DNA of 64,000 nucleotides from Octopus bimaculoides (taxonomy: Eukaryota), in contig NC_068982.1 of NCBI RefSeq assembly GCF_001194135.2, positions 112,359,017 through 112,423,016 on the forward strand, in the 5' to 3' direction. The first letter of the stretch is position 1. Every line of letters begins with the position of its first letter. Shown here piece by piece: positions 11,926 through 25,183 of this stretch. The notes beneath the pieces were generated by a model, which was not told the origin of the DNA, made no database searches, and saw only the letters and a list, made by a program, of their open reading frames with translations. Position numbers and translations under genes: made by a program.

Positions 11926-14900
11926 AGCAAAACGTTCAGACTAGAGAGAGTAAGTGGAATTGGAATTAGTATTAAAGAACTTTACCTTTGCATTCTATCT
12001 TCCACAGTTCTTTTAGAAAAAAATAATTACACTTATTTCCATATTCAAAGTCAATTGTCTCAACAGTTGACAAAAGTATCCTATGATGGCGGCAATGATA
12101 CACGGACACTATTAAACCCACCACCGCAACCATTGTCTCTACAGCCACCTTAACTACAGCCAAGAATACCACCACCTAACACCACGACCACCATCACTGC
12201 CATCACCATCACCATCATCACTAACTCTACTACCACTACATTCAGCATTAGAATCTAGCGCAGCAAACAATGAGACATTTATTTAATCGCTCGATCAACT
12301 GGAAATAGCAGTGAAATCTTTCAAATCATACTTTTCTATTTTAGAAAAAGAGCATTTGGACACCTGATATACAAAATAAATGACTGTAATGTAAATCATT
12401 TCTATTTGAACTGACCTGGAGGGAAAGAGGAAAACAAGCGCAAATTTGCCTATCTTTTGTAAACATGCCTCAGAGAGCACGATTAATTTACCTATGAAGG
12501 ATGTGTGTCTTATTCGATCAGCCCAACATAAGCCAGAGCTAAAATCTGGGTGAGACTGTTATATGTTTAAGGATTAACTTTAATTGTTAATTATACACAT
12601 CGCTTCTGAATAAGAACGAAACTCTCTTTATAATTTGTTTCCCTTACTAAGAGATTTTATGTTTATAAAATAAATTATACTGTTCTTGCTACGTTTTACT
12701 TTTTCCGGTATGACTTTTATGTTATCAATCAAGCGTGATAACATTTCTTTCGAGCTGTCATTCAAACATTTTTTCATCGTTGTCTTTGTTATCGAAATTC
12801 TGGATTCGTGCCAGCACTAAAGATTGTCTTGAAATTCATAACTTGAAACAGAAATTGATAAATTATTTGTAATAGAGACACAACGAAAACGGTTTTAAAA
12901 CTAATAAAAATAATACACGAAATGAAAAAAAAATAAAATAAAGCGGATATAAACAATAAAGTAATCATCGAATCGATTTTAATTATAAAAAGAGGATGAA
13001 AAGGTTAAATAAGATAAATAAATATAAATGCACAGTGAAACTAAAGACAAATAATACAGAAAAAAAAATTAATCAACGTATACTAAGTACAATAAGTACA
13101 GCAAATATTCTGTAAAAAGTTTAAATGTGAATAGAGAAATAATTAAGAAAATTCAAAAAGTACACCTAAACACATTGAGTAATCTAGAAAAATAGATTTC
13201 ACAATATTAAGATTAATTATTACTGTTGTTGCTTCTGAATACAGGGTCACATTAGTTGTGTAAACCCTTGTTTGCTCTTTGAAAGGAATGGAGATGTTTT
13301 TCAGAAGTAATTAATAGACACATGTGGAGACTATCTAATCTGAAACTTCGCGATATGATCATATTGGGTAGGTATATTTATGAAAGGAATGTAGGTTATG
13401 TGCCACCTTTATAGTTGATCTGAGAATTGCAAAAAATGAATGTGAAGTGTCATACACCCCTTGAAAGTTTAATCACGGCCATCTGTAGAGTTTGTCTTTT
13501 TTTGTTTCAAGACAGAAGAAAACGTTGCCAAGGAATTTAATATTCTGAAACTGAAAGATAAAATGAATTTTTAAAGAATATCTTATATAATTCATAATGT
13601 AAGATATATGGTAATTCTTCTTTTGTCAAACCTAGAGCGCAACGAAAGAAAAGATGCATTTAAAGTAGTTACTTCGGAAAAGAAGGTATTTAGAATTTGT
13701 TATCAGTAAACCTGAAAGAACTCTTGCAATGCTGGATTATAAATCTGAATGTCAAATGCTAACATCAGATGTAAGGAACATCTCTGTTGTGATTCATAGA
13801 TAAGGATCTCTCAAATTCATTCACGATGATGTCCTCATGGACATCATCGTACAATGTCCTCATGGCACAAGGATACTGCGTTTTTGTATGAAGAATTAAA
13901 TACTGAAGAATGGGCATACTTGTTTCTTGCATAAGTTAGATTTCTTTCAAAAGATAATGTATTGGCTCAAGTTGTATTGAAGAAGGATGAACACTGAAAG
14001 AATTCTGGTCGAGATATCGAAGGAGAAAATCAAATGTGCACATGAAATTTCTGATAACAAACGGAAGGCAAAACGAGCAGACCGTAATAACATTTCCATA
14101 CGACTCAGTGCAATCAACAAGGCACATCAGTGCAATGTAACTACTGTTGACAAAATATATTAAACTTCTGAATGAAATTTGAAATTTGTGGAACGAAAAA
14201 CTGATAGCAAGTCGTTATAACATTTTTGAAAAAAGAGCATTGCACGTTTGGAATCAAAAAGCATTAATTTTCATCAGCATTGTAGCTACGAGGAAGTTTG
14301 TTTACGTGGCCAATCACATTCCGTGTTTTCTGACATGAGCCGATTATCAACTCACACAAAATCCTTTAGGAATTAACCCCTCAAACTCCCTGACAGTCTG
14401 CAAGATGAATCTGTGGACTTTATAATAACTCCACAGTTAAGGATCTGCTTGAGACCACTACCTTATAAATATTTCAAGTCTTCTATGGTGAAGTGTTACT
14501 CAATTGCATCTTAACAAGTAGCGAAACTTTTGCAGTTCTCATCCACCAATTATTGTGAACGGAACAAGTTTGGTCAGCAATGTGTATAACCAAAAACAAA
14601 TTCCAAGCAAGTCTATCAATTAAGAATAATATATTAGTTTGTCTCTGAATCTATCCTTAGAATATTACTCGATGGCAAATGCCCAGCTTCTAATCTCATA
14701 ACAACTTTAACACTAAACTTAGCGGAATTGCTAAAAAAAAAAAATAATACACAACGCTACGAATCTAGGACAAAATACCTTACATCAAAGTTCTAATCGC
14801 CGCTTATCCTTGTTATTAAAATATAACATCATTACGGCGATGATCCGAGGCAAATGCCAGAGCATCAAACCAGATAGTTCTGAGTTCTTGGATGGTAGAC

Positions 14901-15010
14901 TTTATTTAACATCCTGTTTAACTCTATCCGCTGGTCTTGGGACACCTTTGGTGTAGTCTACTTTGTTGATAGTATTTGGCCCAGTCTCCAGTTTGAAGAT
15001 AATTTCTTAC

Positions 15011-15033
15011 CTTCCTCCCATAAGCCTCAGATC
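15011..15033 (-). other. Candidate 23-nt micro-exon on the minus strand
   Basis: ctctcctatgtccctattttcag|GATCTGAGGCTTATGGGAGGAAG|gtaaga: near-consensus splice sites on both sides. Confidence 0.25.
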
Positions 15034-16809
15034 CTGAAAATAGGGACATAGGAGAGTCTGTTCCCTCCCTGACTACACGGTACAGACATACATTAGTTTC
15101 GTTATGAAATATAAATAATTTTGCTAACTTGACAATTTTTGACTTTCCTTGGAACAGCTTGATGAAGATAGAAAAAGAAAAAAACACCCAGTAACATTTC
15201 ACCAAAGACAAGTTACACACTTTCTGTCCCCGAAAAAAATATTAGCGTCTACTTATTAGTAACATATGCACACTCGGCCAGAACTAAGACGGTCTGCCTG
15301 ATTTGCATCAGTGAAAACGTTGATAGCACGGCTTAATTGATTATCAGAACCACTAGTCGGTGTTCTTGCGACAAGCAGAAATGTAAGTTAAACATGTCCT
15401 TTCAGGAAACTCAGTTTTGCATTGCATGGGAAAGGAAATACCATGGTTAATCCAGATGTTTTCCTCTCCGAGTTCCGAAAATGATTAATGTATCTAGTTT
15501 AGACCTCTATTGATATATCATCAAATAGCAGTAAGTTATTATCTAACCAAAGAGAATTATCACTTATATCAATTTGCAGTATATGTAAGGCAGGTTGAGA
15601 ACAAATTGCATGTACTATAAGCTGATGTTCCCTTTATGGACAAGAAATGAGAAACCGGTAGCAGCTGATAAACAACAAAAGTTGTTAGATCGATCTCATT
15701 TTCTTGACAGTGCCAAAAAAATCTTTGGACTAACCAGGATGTTTACTTTCCTCCAGAAATCTAAACTTTGCTATAGATACACGTTTTTACAGTTTACTTT
15801 ACATTTCTGCATGCACAAACACATACATAAACGCATACACACACGTTTGAGTGTGCATTTTTATTATATGTTTTTATGTTATGCACTTTTATAAAATATA
15901 TTCTAAATAATAGTCACACAATTGAGTCATATGACAAAAAATTATTTTGTTAACCTACGCTCTAAAATATAGATGCATTAAAAAAAGTAGTTTCACCCAT
16001 TAAGACCTTCAACAAAAATATCTCCTACTTATAAGAAATAATAAAAGCATAAAAAAAGATACCGGATAATTTACACGGATTCTCTTCATAAAATGAATCA
16101 TATCTGAGTTGATAAAATTCACAGTCACTTAAAATCATCGCAAGCTTTTGCATAAGTGCCTTTTCAAGAAACACCTCAAGTGACCTTCAAACAAATCAAT
16201 CCAAGTGATATTGTATTAAACGTCTTCAGCTAATAAAAGAGTATTAATAGGATAAATTGAAAATTTTAATGATGAACAATATCAGAATAATCCTTGAATT
16301 GGAGAGTCTAGTAGAGCTTTACCAGGAATACTATTCTTATAGAAGCTACATAAAAAAAAATAAAAATGCTGGCTTTTGAGAACGATAAAAGTATGCATAT
16401 ATACGTCAATACATGTTAGTATACTTACAGATATAATTGTACGTTAAATGTATGTATGCTTGATAGTAATTCTTTAATGAATAATAAACTTATATGTATC
16501 TAAATATATATTCCCGTATGTGCAATGTCACATACAAGATATCTTTCTCAACTTATTGTTTTTCTGTGCACACTTATACATACATATGTACACACACACT
16601 GACACAAACACACATACAAACACAGACAGACATACACACACACACACACACACACATATAATCGCCTTCAGGTAATAAAATACNNNNNNNNNNNNNNNNN
16701 NNNNNNNNNNNNNNNNNNNNNNNNNNNNNNNNNNNNNNNNNNNNNNNNNNNNNNNNNNNNNNNNNNNNNNNNNNNNNNNNNNNNNNNNNNNNNNNNNNNN
16801 NNNNNNNNN

Positions 16810-16843
<34 letters not shown>

Positions 16844-17570
16844 TATGCTTATAGACTTACATAGACACGTTTCATATATATATATATATATATATGCAAG
16901 ACATAAGATAATCATTTTTGTTTACGTCGAAATTTTATTAGCTATATAACATATACTTCATTTTCATAATTAATGCCATTCATTCTATCTTTGTATCACT
17001 CAGGCACACCTAGACACACACACAGACACAGACACAGACACACAACGACACACACAGACGCACACAAACGCGCGCGCGCACGCACACACACACACACACA
17101 CACATATGATCAATGTTTGAACAAACCTGAATGGTAAATGATAGTATTTAAATCTACATAGTTTTTGATTTATATGTACTGTCATTTTGTTTGTGATTGG
17201 AATTGATGTCATGAAACATTGTTTATAACCGGCCTTCATATATTTACATATTTTAATCCATTGTATGTACTGTATATTATAAGGTAGCGATTTTGTGGAA
17301 TATATATTCAAAATCATATCACATTAGAAACCCTACGGAACATAAGAACCCATTTTTAAAAACAGAAAGACACATTGAATTATGTAATTCTAGATACATT
17401 GTCATCTGAAAATAAACTAGGACTGTCGTTGTTGGAAAAATTTGATGATAGGTATATCAAAAGTGAGATGGGGCTAAAACAACAACAACAACAAAGAGAA
17501 GAAGAAGAACAACAACAACAACATATTGTTGCGACAGTTATTGATTGTTTATCATGTGTTCAAGCATCGC

Positions 17571-17675
17571 TGCGTGGTAGGAAGTTTGCTTCCCAACCAT
17601 TGATTCCAGATTCAGTTCAACGAAAACCTTATGAGTGAACGGAAACTTAAAGAAGTCCACCGTGTGTATACATAT
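17571..17675 (+). mobile_element. Internally deleted 5' part of a third SINE family (C)
   Basis: GCGTGGTAGGAAGTTTGCTTCCCAACCAT..CCAGATTCAGT tRNA-like head followed by ACGGAAACTTAAAGAAGTCC; family assignment is from memory of octopus repeats. Confidence 0.5.
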
Positions 17676-18119
17676 AGATCATCCAAGGAAAGTCCTTGGA
17701 TAACTGAAATACAACTATAACATCCTACATATATATTTATTTTTTATTTTTATTCTCTTATTTCCCTTTATACTTCCTGTATCCATCCTTTTCCAAAATA
17801 GCTCCTTAGATTGAACTCTACTACTTCCTTCTATTTAACTCTTTCATATCGTCTCTGATACAGGGATATCCCTAATATCTCAGGAACAGCCATAGGACAA
17901 ACTTTCTCTTTGTAAATGTCTTAAAATTTCCACGCAGCCTTTGCTTTGTTGTCTCATTTTATTTAACATATACATGCTCACACAAGACCCACATTAGACT
18001 CCTCAGCTGTATTATTATCGAACCGAGAGTCTAACAACGGTCCTTCTGTAGTGCTTACATAGCCTTACCAGCCATTTGTGTGTATATGTGTGTGTATTTT
18101 TGTGTGTGTCTGTATGAAC

Positions 18120-18265
18120 ATACAGTGGTTCAGCAAAAAGGCCGAAAGTATAAGTAACAGGCTTAAAATGTTTAGTACTGACGTCATTCCCTTCGTTTAA
18201 AACTCATCAAGGAGGTACTCCTGCATGACGACTGTCTACTGACTTAAACAAGTAAAGCTAAAAAC
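18120..18265 (+). mobile_element. Degraded 3' part of SINE family C
   Basis: GGTTCAGCAAAAAGGCCGAAAGTATAAGTAAC...CAAGGAGGTACTCCTGCATG...TGACTTAAACAAGTAAAG. Confidence 0.5.
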
Positions 18266-18362
18266 GTTATCAAAGAAACTAAATGATCGTTAGTCGTTCA
18301 TATCTCGCTTTTGTGGAGTTGTTTTCTGAGTTTTCATAATAAATATCAGTATCGTACTTATC

Positions 18363-18545
18363 TGAGCGGCCGAATCGTTAGAACATCGAAGAAAATAATT
18401 ACGATACTTTATTATGATTCTTTATATCCCGAGTTAAAATTTGTGAGGACCATTAAAATATAGTACCAGTAAGAATGGGTTTGATATAATCGACTAACTC
18501 CTTACTTAGATTTCAGCCCTTGTGGCTATGTTAGAAATAAACATT
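18363..18545 (+). mobile_element. Older, degraded SINE family A copy
   Basis: GAATCGTTAGAAC, CCGAGTTAAAATT, AGTACCAGT, GATATAATCGACTAAC and TTTCAGCCCTTGTGGCTATGTTAGAAA occur in family order, with internal deletions. Confidence 0.7.
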
Positions 18546-18761
18546 CTGTTCTACTTTAGGCACAAGGTTTCGAAATTTTGGGGGAGGGAAGCCAGTCGAT
18601 TAGATCGATCCCAGTACGCTACTGGTACTTAATTTATCGACCCCGAAGGGATGAAAGGCAAAGTCGACCATGTCGGAATTTGAACTTAGAACGTAAAGAC
18701 AGACGAAATACTGCTAAGCATTTCTACCGGCGTGCTAACGTTTCTGACAACTCGCCGCCTT
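18546..18761 (-). mobile_element. SINE family A, full length, TAGAAA-type tail, with TSD
   Basis: Reverse complement of the family A consensus along its whole length; flanked by GTTAGAAATAAACATT (18530-18545) and GTTAGAAATGAATATT (18763-18778). Confidence 0.92.
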
Positions 18762-21395
18762 AGTTAGAAATGAATATTAAACAAAACCAACAACAGTGTC
18801 TTTACTTTGTTACCCTACGTGATAAAAATAACGGATAAGACTCCTTAGAATACAATACTATCTTACAGTCTTGCTCTCTAAGACAAGAAATATAAGAAAG
18901 GGTAAAAAAATCTTACAAAGATGGGATAATCAGGTTAGAATGTAGCTTAAACAACAACAATAACAACAACACTCTCATACTGGAATGGGTGTTAGTGAAA
19001 AGGTAGAATTGTTAAAGTGCTGTATCTTGTGGTTTCTAATCACAACCTTTCAGTGTTTGACTTTAAATCTCAAATAAGAAATCGAGTAATACTTTTTTTC
19101 ATTGAATTAGAAAGGGCTCAATCAATGAAAGAAACAATCAATGACAGAGCTCTATCTTTAAAATTTAGTTTAAGACAATGTGCTAATATCAAAAACATTG
19201 CACTGGAATTGCCTTGTTATTGTTAAAGATTATTAGTATTTCTAAAATTTTTTATGGATTACACCTCAGCAAATGTAGAAATGTCTTTGTTATATTCTGC
19301 ACTGATATGAATAATTTTATTGTAATAATTGCTTTAGGCATATCAATAAATTCTATCATTTACAGAGGTTTTATTAGATTTATCTGTTTACATTTATGCA
19401 GATTACGTTACGCTGATCTAAATTAATGATGGTGAGGTTAAAATGTTTGCTACGCAGCCCCGTGTTTTTCCGTTTAGTTTCATTGCGCAGAAATTTGTTG
19501 AAACGATTTTACGTAGCGCCTGGGCAGAACAATAATCTGTTAGTGAATTTGGTGGACGAAAACTGTGCGGAAGCCGTCATAGTGTGTGTTGCGTGTATGT
19601 GCGTGTTAACGTGTGTGTGTGTTTTGTGTGTATGAGTGTGTGAATGTGTGTATATGTACGCTTGTTTATTTTTGTCTCTCACCGCTTCACAAATGGTGTA
19701 AATTTGTTTACGCGAATTTTAGATGTTATGTTCGGCAAAGAGATTGATAGAATAAGTAACAAACATAAAATAATTACTGGCATCGATATGATAAAAAAAA
19801 AAAAAAATTCTAGATGGTGTTACAGTCAAAAGTCTGAAATAAAAAAAAAAAAGAAATACATGAACAATACTAACTTGCATGTATTAGGTTTACCAGTAAA
19901 TACTAAGATGTAATCTATTAATATCAACATGTGTACTAGGCTTATTTGTGTATTGTATGATGCAGTTATCAGTTACTAAAGTTATAAAATATGTTAGGTT
20001 TAGCTATGAATTCTAGCATTTATGTAGAGTAATTATTTTCTGCAGGTTTATATATTAATACTAAAATTTATATAGAGTGTGCTAGGTTTTTTTTCTATTA
20101 ATCCTAACAATTGTGTAGAGTAATGTGCTGGGTTTATTTAACATCACATCACTATAGTGATTAGACAAACAATGCAGAAGTCATTTTAGTAAACAACAGC
20201 GTTTGAGTTATCCAGACATAAATTGCATTCACGACCTCCTAAAAAAAGTGGTTACCGTTGTTATTGTTAAACTCCAGCTCCACTCTAATCAAGTATGATC
20301 GATGGTTTTACAGCATTGACCATCTTGTCTTTTGTTTTAGTAAAAGCATATCCGAACTATTCTTTCAACCTCATCTGGACGTTACAATCAATGTGATTTG
20401 AAGCAAAAGTTGTCGTTATTTCTATCAAAGCGGTGACCACGTCCAGGTTCTTTTGCGGTTCTAGTGTTGGTATTTTATTCTATCTCTACCGTTACATATA
20501 ACCTACTTAACACAAAATTAAATACTTATGCAACTCTGTTAATGTAATAACACCATAAAATACCCATATGAAAAAAGTTATTAATGCTACTTGATGATAG
20601 GGAAAAAAATCAATCTATCAGTCAGAATAGATGAATAAATAGATAGATTGATTGATTGGTAGTACGCTTATATGTAGGTAGGCTTCTAATCGGCTTAAGA
20701 ACTGTATGTTGCAAAACATGTGTAATAATTCTGGTTTCTTAAAAAAAATATAACTATATTTCTTTTTTATTTTATTTATCAAGGGGATCTTACATTTACC
20801 GATTCTACCAATCTGAGAATTTATGTTTTTTAATTGTTTAGAAAACAAATTTTATTCTACTTTATTTGTTTTCCTATTGAGAGAATATCTATACATTCTC
20901 CCAGCATCAATGACTATTTCTTTGCGTCAGCTTGTTATAAAAATTTGGAAATGTTTATGTTTCTATTTGTAGTTTTTTCAACCCTTAAATATCTAATGGT
21001 CTTTTCTCATTTTCATTAGTCTCCATCTTGTTCCCTCTGTTTACATCACATATTGCTTTATCTTGCTCTTTATATTGATTTGTCCGTAAATGTATTACAT
21101 TTAGCTGCGCACATATTCACATATTTTTAGTCTCCCCGCCGATACTTTGCAGTTTTCTACTTTCTTATAGCTTCTATTCTCTTTTCTCTTCTATTAGTTT
21201 TCCTGCTTCATCTATTTCTTCCTCAATACGCTGCATATTCTATCATACTTTACCGTATTACATTCCTACACATTCATTTTCCTTTTATTCGAAGTATGAA
21301 ACATTTTTTCTTCTTTGTTTGTTTCGAACCGATTTCGAAAACAGCATACATAGAAAAAATAAAAACGAAAACAAAAAGCGAGGTAAAACTGTTGG

Positions 21396-21414
21396 TGGCG
21401 CCACCTGTCCGCCA
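21396..21414 (-). promoter_or_regulatory. CTCF-like motif
   Basis: Minus strand TGGCGGACAGGTGGCGCCA resembles the CTCF consensus (CCACCAGGKGGCGC core, 2 deviations); GC-rich island in AT-rich DNA. Confidence 0.35.
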
Positions 21415-23003
21415 CAGAGCAAAAAATCAATGATGATGCTGATAAAAGTTAAAGGATGAAGTGTGTGTTCGGCTGCACTGCATTTGGTAATGCAGAAGAG
21501 CAAATCGTGTGAGTTAGAGAAAGCTTACATATATTTAGAGAGATAAATATTGATAGAAAAGGGAAAGGAGTAAATAACAGCTAGAGATGCAAGGGAGTAA
21601 ATATTGAGAGGAAAAAGAAAGACACATAAATAGTGCTTATAAGTAGAAAGATAACAACAGACAGAAAACATAATGTACATTAGCAGAAAAAAAAAAGACA
21701 AAAACATTGGAAATACATTGAAAAATCAAAGATACCAGCAGTAGCAGCAGAAACGAAATAATAAATGAAAGATTTAAAAATTGTGAAAAATGCGACTGAG
21801 AAATACTTTTGTATATAAAATTTTATGATACAGAAGTCTGTACTGAATACAGAGTCGTGCTATATAAAGAAATACATAATACCTATCAAAAGGGAGCAAG
21901 GAAATAGGTTGTAACTACATAAATCAGAGGATATAAATCAAAATGTATGTACTATTTTATAATTCAATAAAACAGAAATTACGTGTTTATTGTATAAGAA
22001 TTTATGTCATTTATACAATATATTTTTACGCCTTAATATTGTTAGTACTTATGTTTTTGTCAGAGAACTTTTCGATTTCAATAATTCTCTATGAAGTTTT
22101 GTTTTTCAAAGAATTGTCCCTGATATTGTCGCGGAAACAGAACAATCAATTCATTATCTTATTGAGCCAATATCATAGAAACTTCTATCTTCTAAATGCT
22201 TATATGCCTGTGTGGAATACGTCATACTGCAGCGTAAACAAAACAGACATTTAGCAAAGTATTATGTTTATAAATTATTTTATAAATTCATTAGTTATAA
22301 TTATTGGTTTTAGTATTTCTGATCATAGAAAGAAGTGTTAGATAATTTAGATAATTTTAGAGTCGACATCAAGTTGCATTATTGGCATTGTTTATCCTGA
22401 GTGTAACTGTAAATTGAACTGCCTCCAGAAGTATGATGTACAAATATTTAATATTCCTTGCTTTTCCTTAATGAATATATTGAGTTTTGTGAATATATAT
22501 GAGTCTGAAGTGATGGTTGACAGAAAAAGAGAATAAGAAGCAGTGAAAAGTAAAGCACAATCTTTAACGTCTATCGTAACCAGATACGTATAAATGAAGT
22601 AAAAACCTTGATAAATAAATATCTGAAGTAAAACTTTATGTAAATACATGCACGATTCAATTAGTATCGTAGAACAAATTGGGAATGAAAGAAAGTTAGG
22701 AACATGAACAAGTCTATAGAAATAGCTACCAGAAATTGATTATTCTATGCGTAGTATTAAAAATAGCATTTCAGAAGAAATTAATGTAAAATAGAAGGGT
22801 GATAGAGTGATACATGTGTTAATTATTTATTTCTAAAACAGTATATTCAAGCAAGAAAACAAGTTTGTTGATATCATTAAAGTTTATTGAACTCTGACGT
22901 TCTACCATGTACGTATGGGGTTCAACTTCGAGGCAGGCCTAAGAAATAGACATGATGAAAAGCGTACGAGATGTGGACATAAACCTCTTTTTGTCTATCA
23001 GAA

Positions 23004-23041
23004 ATGAAACTGATTATTGTATTTATCTTTATTGTCAGAGG
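23004..23041 (+). CDS. Candidate first coding exon (exon 23002-23041) encoding a signal-peptide start, MKLIIVFIFIVR(G)
   Basis: Acceptor ctctttttgtctatcag, AAATGAAA start, basic residue then 9 hydrophobic residues, donor GG|gtgagt; ends in phase 2. Confidence 0.45.
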
Positions 23042-24079
23042 GTGAGTTATTTGAAGAAAAGTTGAATTTTATTCCTTGTCGGGGAAACGACCATACAGAT
23101 TCTTGCAGTCAATTTGATCGCTAGTAATAACAAAATTTTTCTTAAATATAGTACTAATCTGTTATAAGAGAGAAGTGGTAGAGCGAAGTAGTAAGCATAA
23201 AGCCAAGGGGAAAACATTTTTGCACGGAGTGGCAAAAGAAGACAATTGACTAATCATTTGGTAAATACTTGCTCCCCTTTTTCTCTCTTTCTCCCAGAAT
23301 ATATCAAAACCTCCCTCTATTCTTATCCTCTCCTGATGTTTACCTCTTCAAATTAGGCTATACTCTCAGTCCCACAGAAAATTAATTGTATATATAGAAA
23401 ACATCGATCTTCTCAAACAGTATTTTGCGAAGCCTGTATCGGGATAATCCAAAGCAATTACCATTGAAAATATCATTTTAACTACACCTGTATTGGATCC
23501 TTTAGTCAGTACATGATTTGTGTAACGAATTTCACTAGCTCATAAATCAAGTGAAAGACAACATGCACACATATTACATACATACGTACGTACAAACATA
23601 CGTACGTACATACATACGTATGTATGTATGCATGCATATGCACACACACACACATATATATGAAGGCGGGTGAATACACATTTTGGTCTAGTAAATTAAA
23701 GACAGTTAAGTCTGTCAAGTTGTTATTATTTGTTACTGCTAAGAATAATAATCATAGATAATATTGCAGCAATGGAAATATTTTCCAGTTACGTTTAGAT
23801 GTTTATCAACGAGTAAGAAGAAATGCAAGATGGAATGCCACTCTAACTAGTTCGAAGATGACATAATGATAGTTATACCAATCAAACAACTGTGGCGTAA
23901 TGACAGTTGCTTAGCGTAAAGGGGACAGATCGATTATGTCATTAATTCAGCAGAAAACTACTGATTCTTATCTAAGAACTACACCAGATAAGTATAGGTA
24001 ATTAGTAAGAAATACAAAAATATTGATTTCAGAGGACAGCCATTGCAAGTGGGATAAAACATGGCAATTTAAAATTGAT

Positions 24080-24225
24080 TTCTAACATAGGAACACAGCC
24101 TCAAAATCAGAGACGTGGTATATTTGATTAAATTAACTTCAGTGCTTGACTGGTTCTTTATTTTATCGTCCCTGTTAGGATGAGAAGCAAAATTGATCAC
24201 GATTGGCTTTGAAATCAGAAAGTAA
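24080..24225 (-). mobile_element. Degraded, 5'-truncated SINE family A copy
   Basis: TTTCTAACATAGGAACACAGCC, CAGTGCTTGACTGGTTCTTTATTTTATCG and AGGATGAGAAGCAAAATTGA match the reverse-complement body. Confidence 0.6.
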
Positions 24226-24568
24226 ATGTATACAACTTAATACCGCAAGGCAATTTTCCCGTCTTGCTATCGAATATGATAATCCTCCTACAAGACAGGT
24301 ATTCTATATAATATTGTTGCTTTCTTATATTATCACAAAATTGCAGTTTTGCGAGTGTTTGTATACTTGGTTAAATTGATATCAGTATTAGGTGGTACTT
24401 TACTTTTTACAATTTCGCAAAGAAGAAATGCAAACTAGACATTGGCAAGAATTGAAACCAACCAACACGGAAATAACCTTTACTAAATACCACAATGCGT
24501 TTTCTCTGATGCTCTACAGATTATGTGAATCCACTGCCGGATAGTTATTCAATATTAACTCTACATAA

Positions 24569-24776
24569 GGCAGTGAGATGGCTAATCATCAGCACGCAGG
24601 GCAAAATGCTTAGCGGCATTTCGCCCTTCTTTACGCCCTCAGTTCAAATTCCACCGAGGACGAGTTTTCCTTCCATTCTTTCGGGGTCAATAAAAGAAGT
24701 ACTTCTTGTAGACTGGAGTCGATGTAATCAACTTTCCACTCCTATCAAACGCCTGCCTTGTACCAAAATTTGAAAC
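24569..24776 (+). mobile_element. SINE family A, full length, TTTGAAACC-type tail, with TSD
   Basis: Colinear with other copies; flanked by CAATATTAACTCTACATAA (24550-24568) and CAATATTAATTCTCAATAA (24777-24795). Confidence 0.9.
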
Positions 24777-25183
24777 CAATATTAATTCTCAATAATACGT
24801 TCAACTTGGCTGTATAAGGATTTGAATTATATATTTTTTAACTCTAGAGGATACAGTCAAAAACCACGAATCGCGATTTCTTTCTCGTTGGGATTCATCC
24901 GTCTTTGGCGCGGTTAAAACCATGCCTGCTATGTTAACTGTGTGACTATTCTTATATCAAGAGAGTTACTCATATGTGAACAGCCTGATTGAATAGTGAG
25001 CAACGAAAGCTGACTTTCAGGAAAATAGTAAAACTAACGTTTCGGTTTACGACCAATGGATTTCAGCCGAAATTTCTATCCCTCATGGATAATGTTTAGT
25101 AACTCAGAAAAATACCGTCGTTGTTTAACCTATGACCATTATTTGTAAACACAAAAGAGTTATTTACGATATCTGAGTCGTTA

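Noticed and set aside
14924-15220. 98-aa minus-strand ORF as a stand-alone gene or RT fragment
   Set aside because: Starts at a non-ATG codon, has no recognisable domain, and the KVDYTKGVP resemblance to RT in another frame lacks the QG/DD motifs
17375-17638. 87-aa ORF with poly-Q/E
   Set aside because: Made of a (CAA/GAA)n array fused to a SINE head
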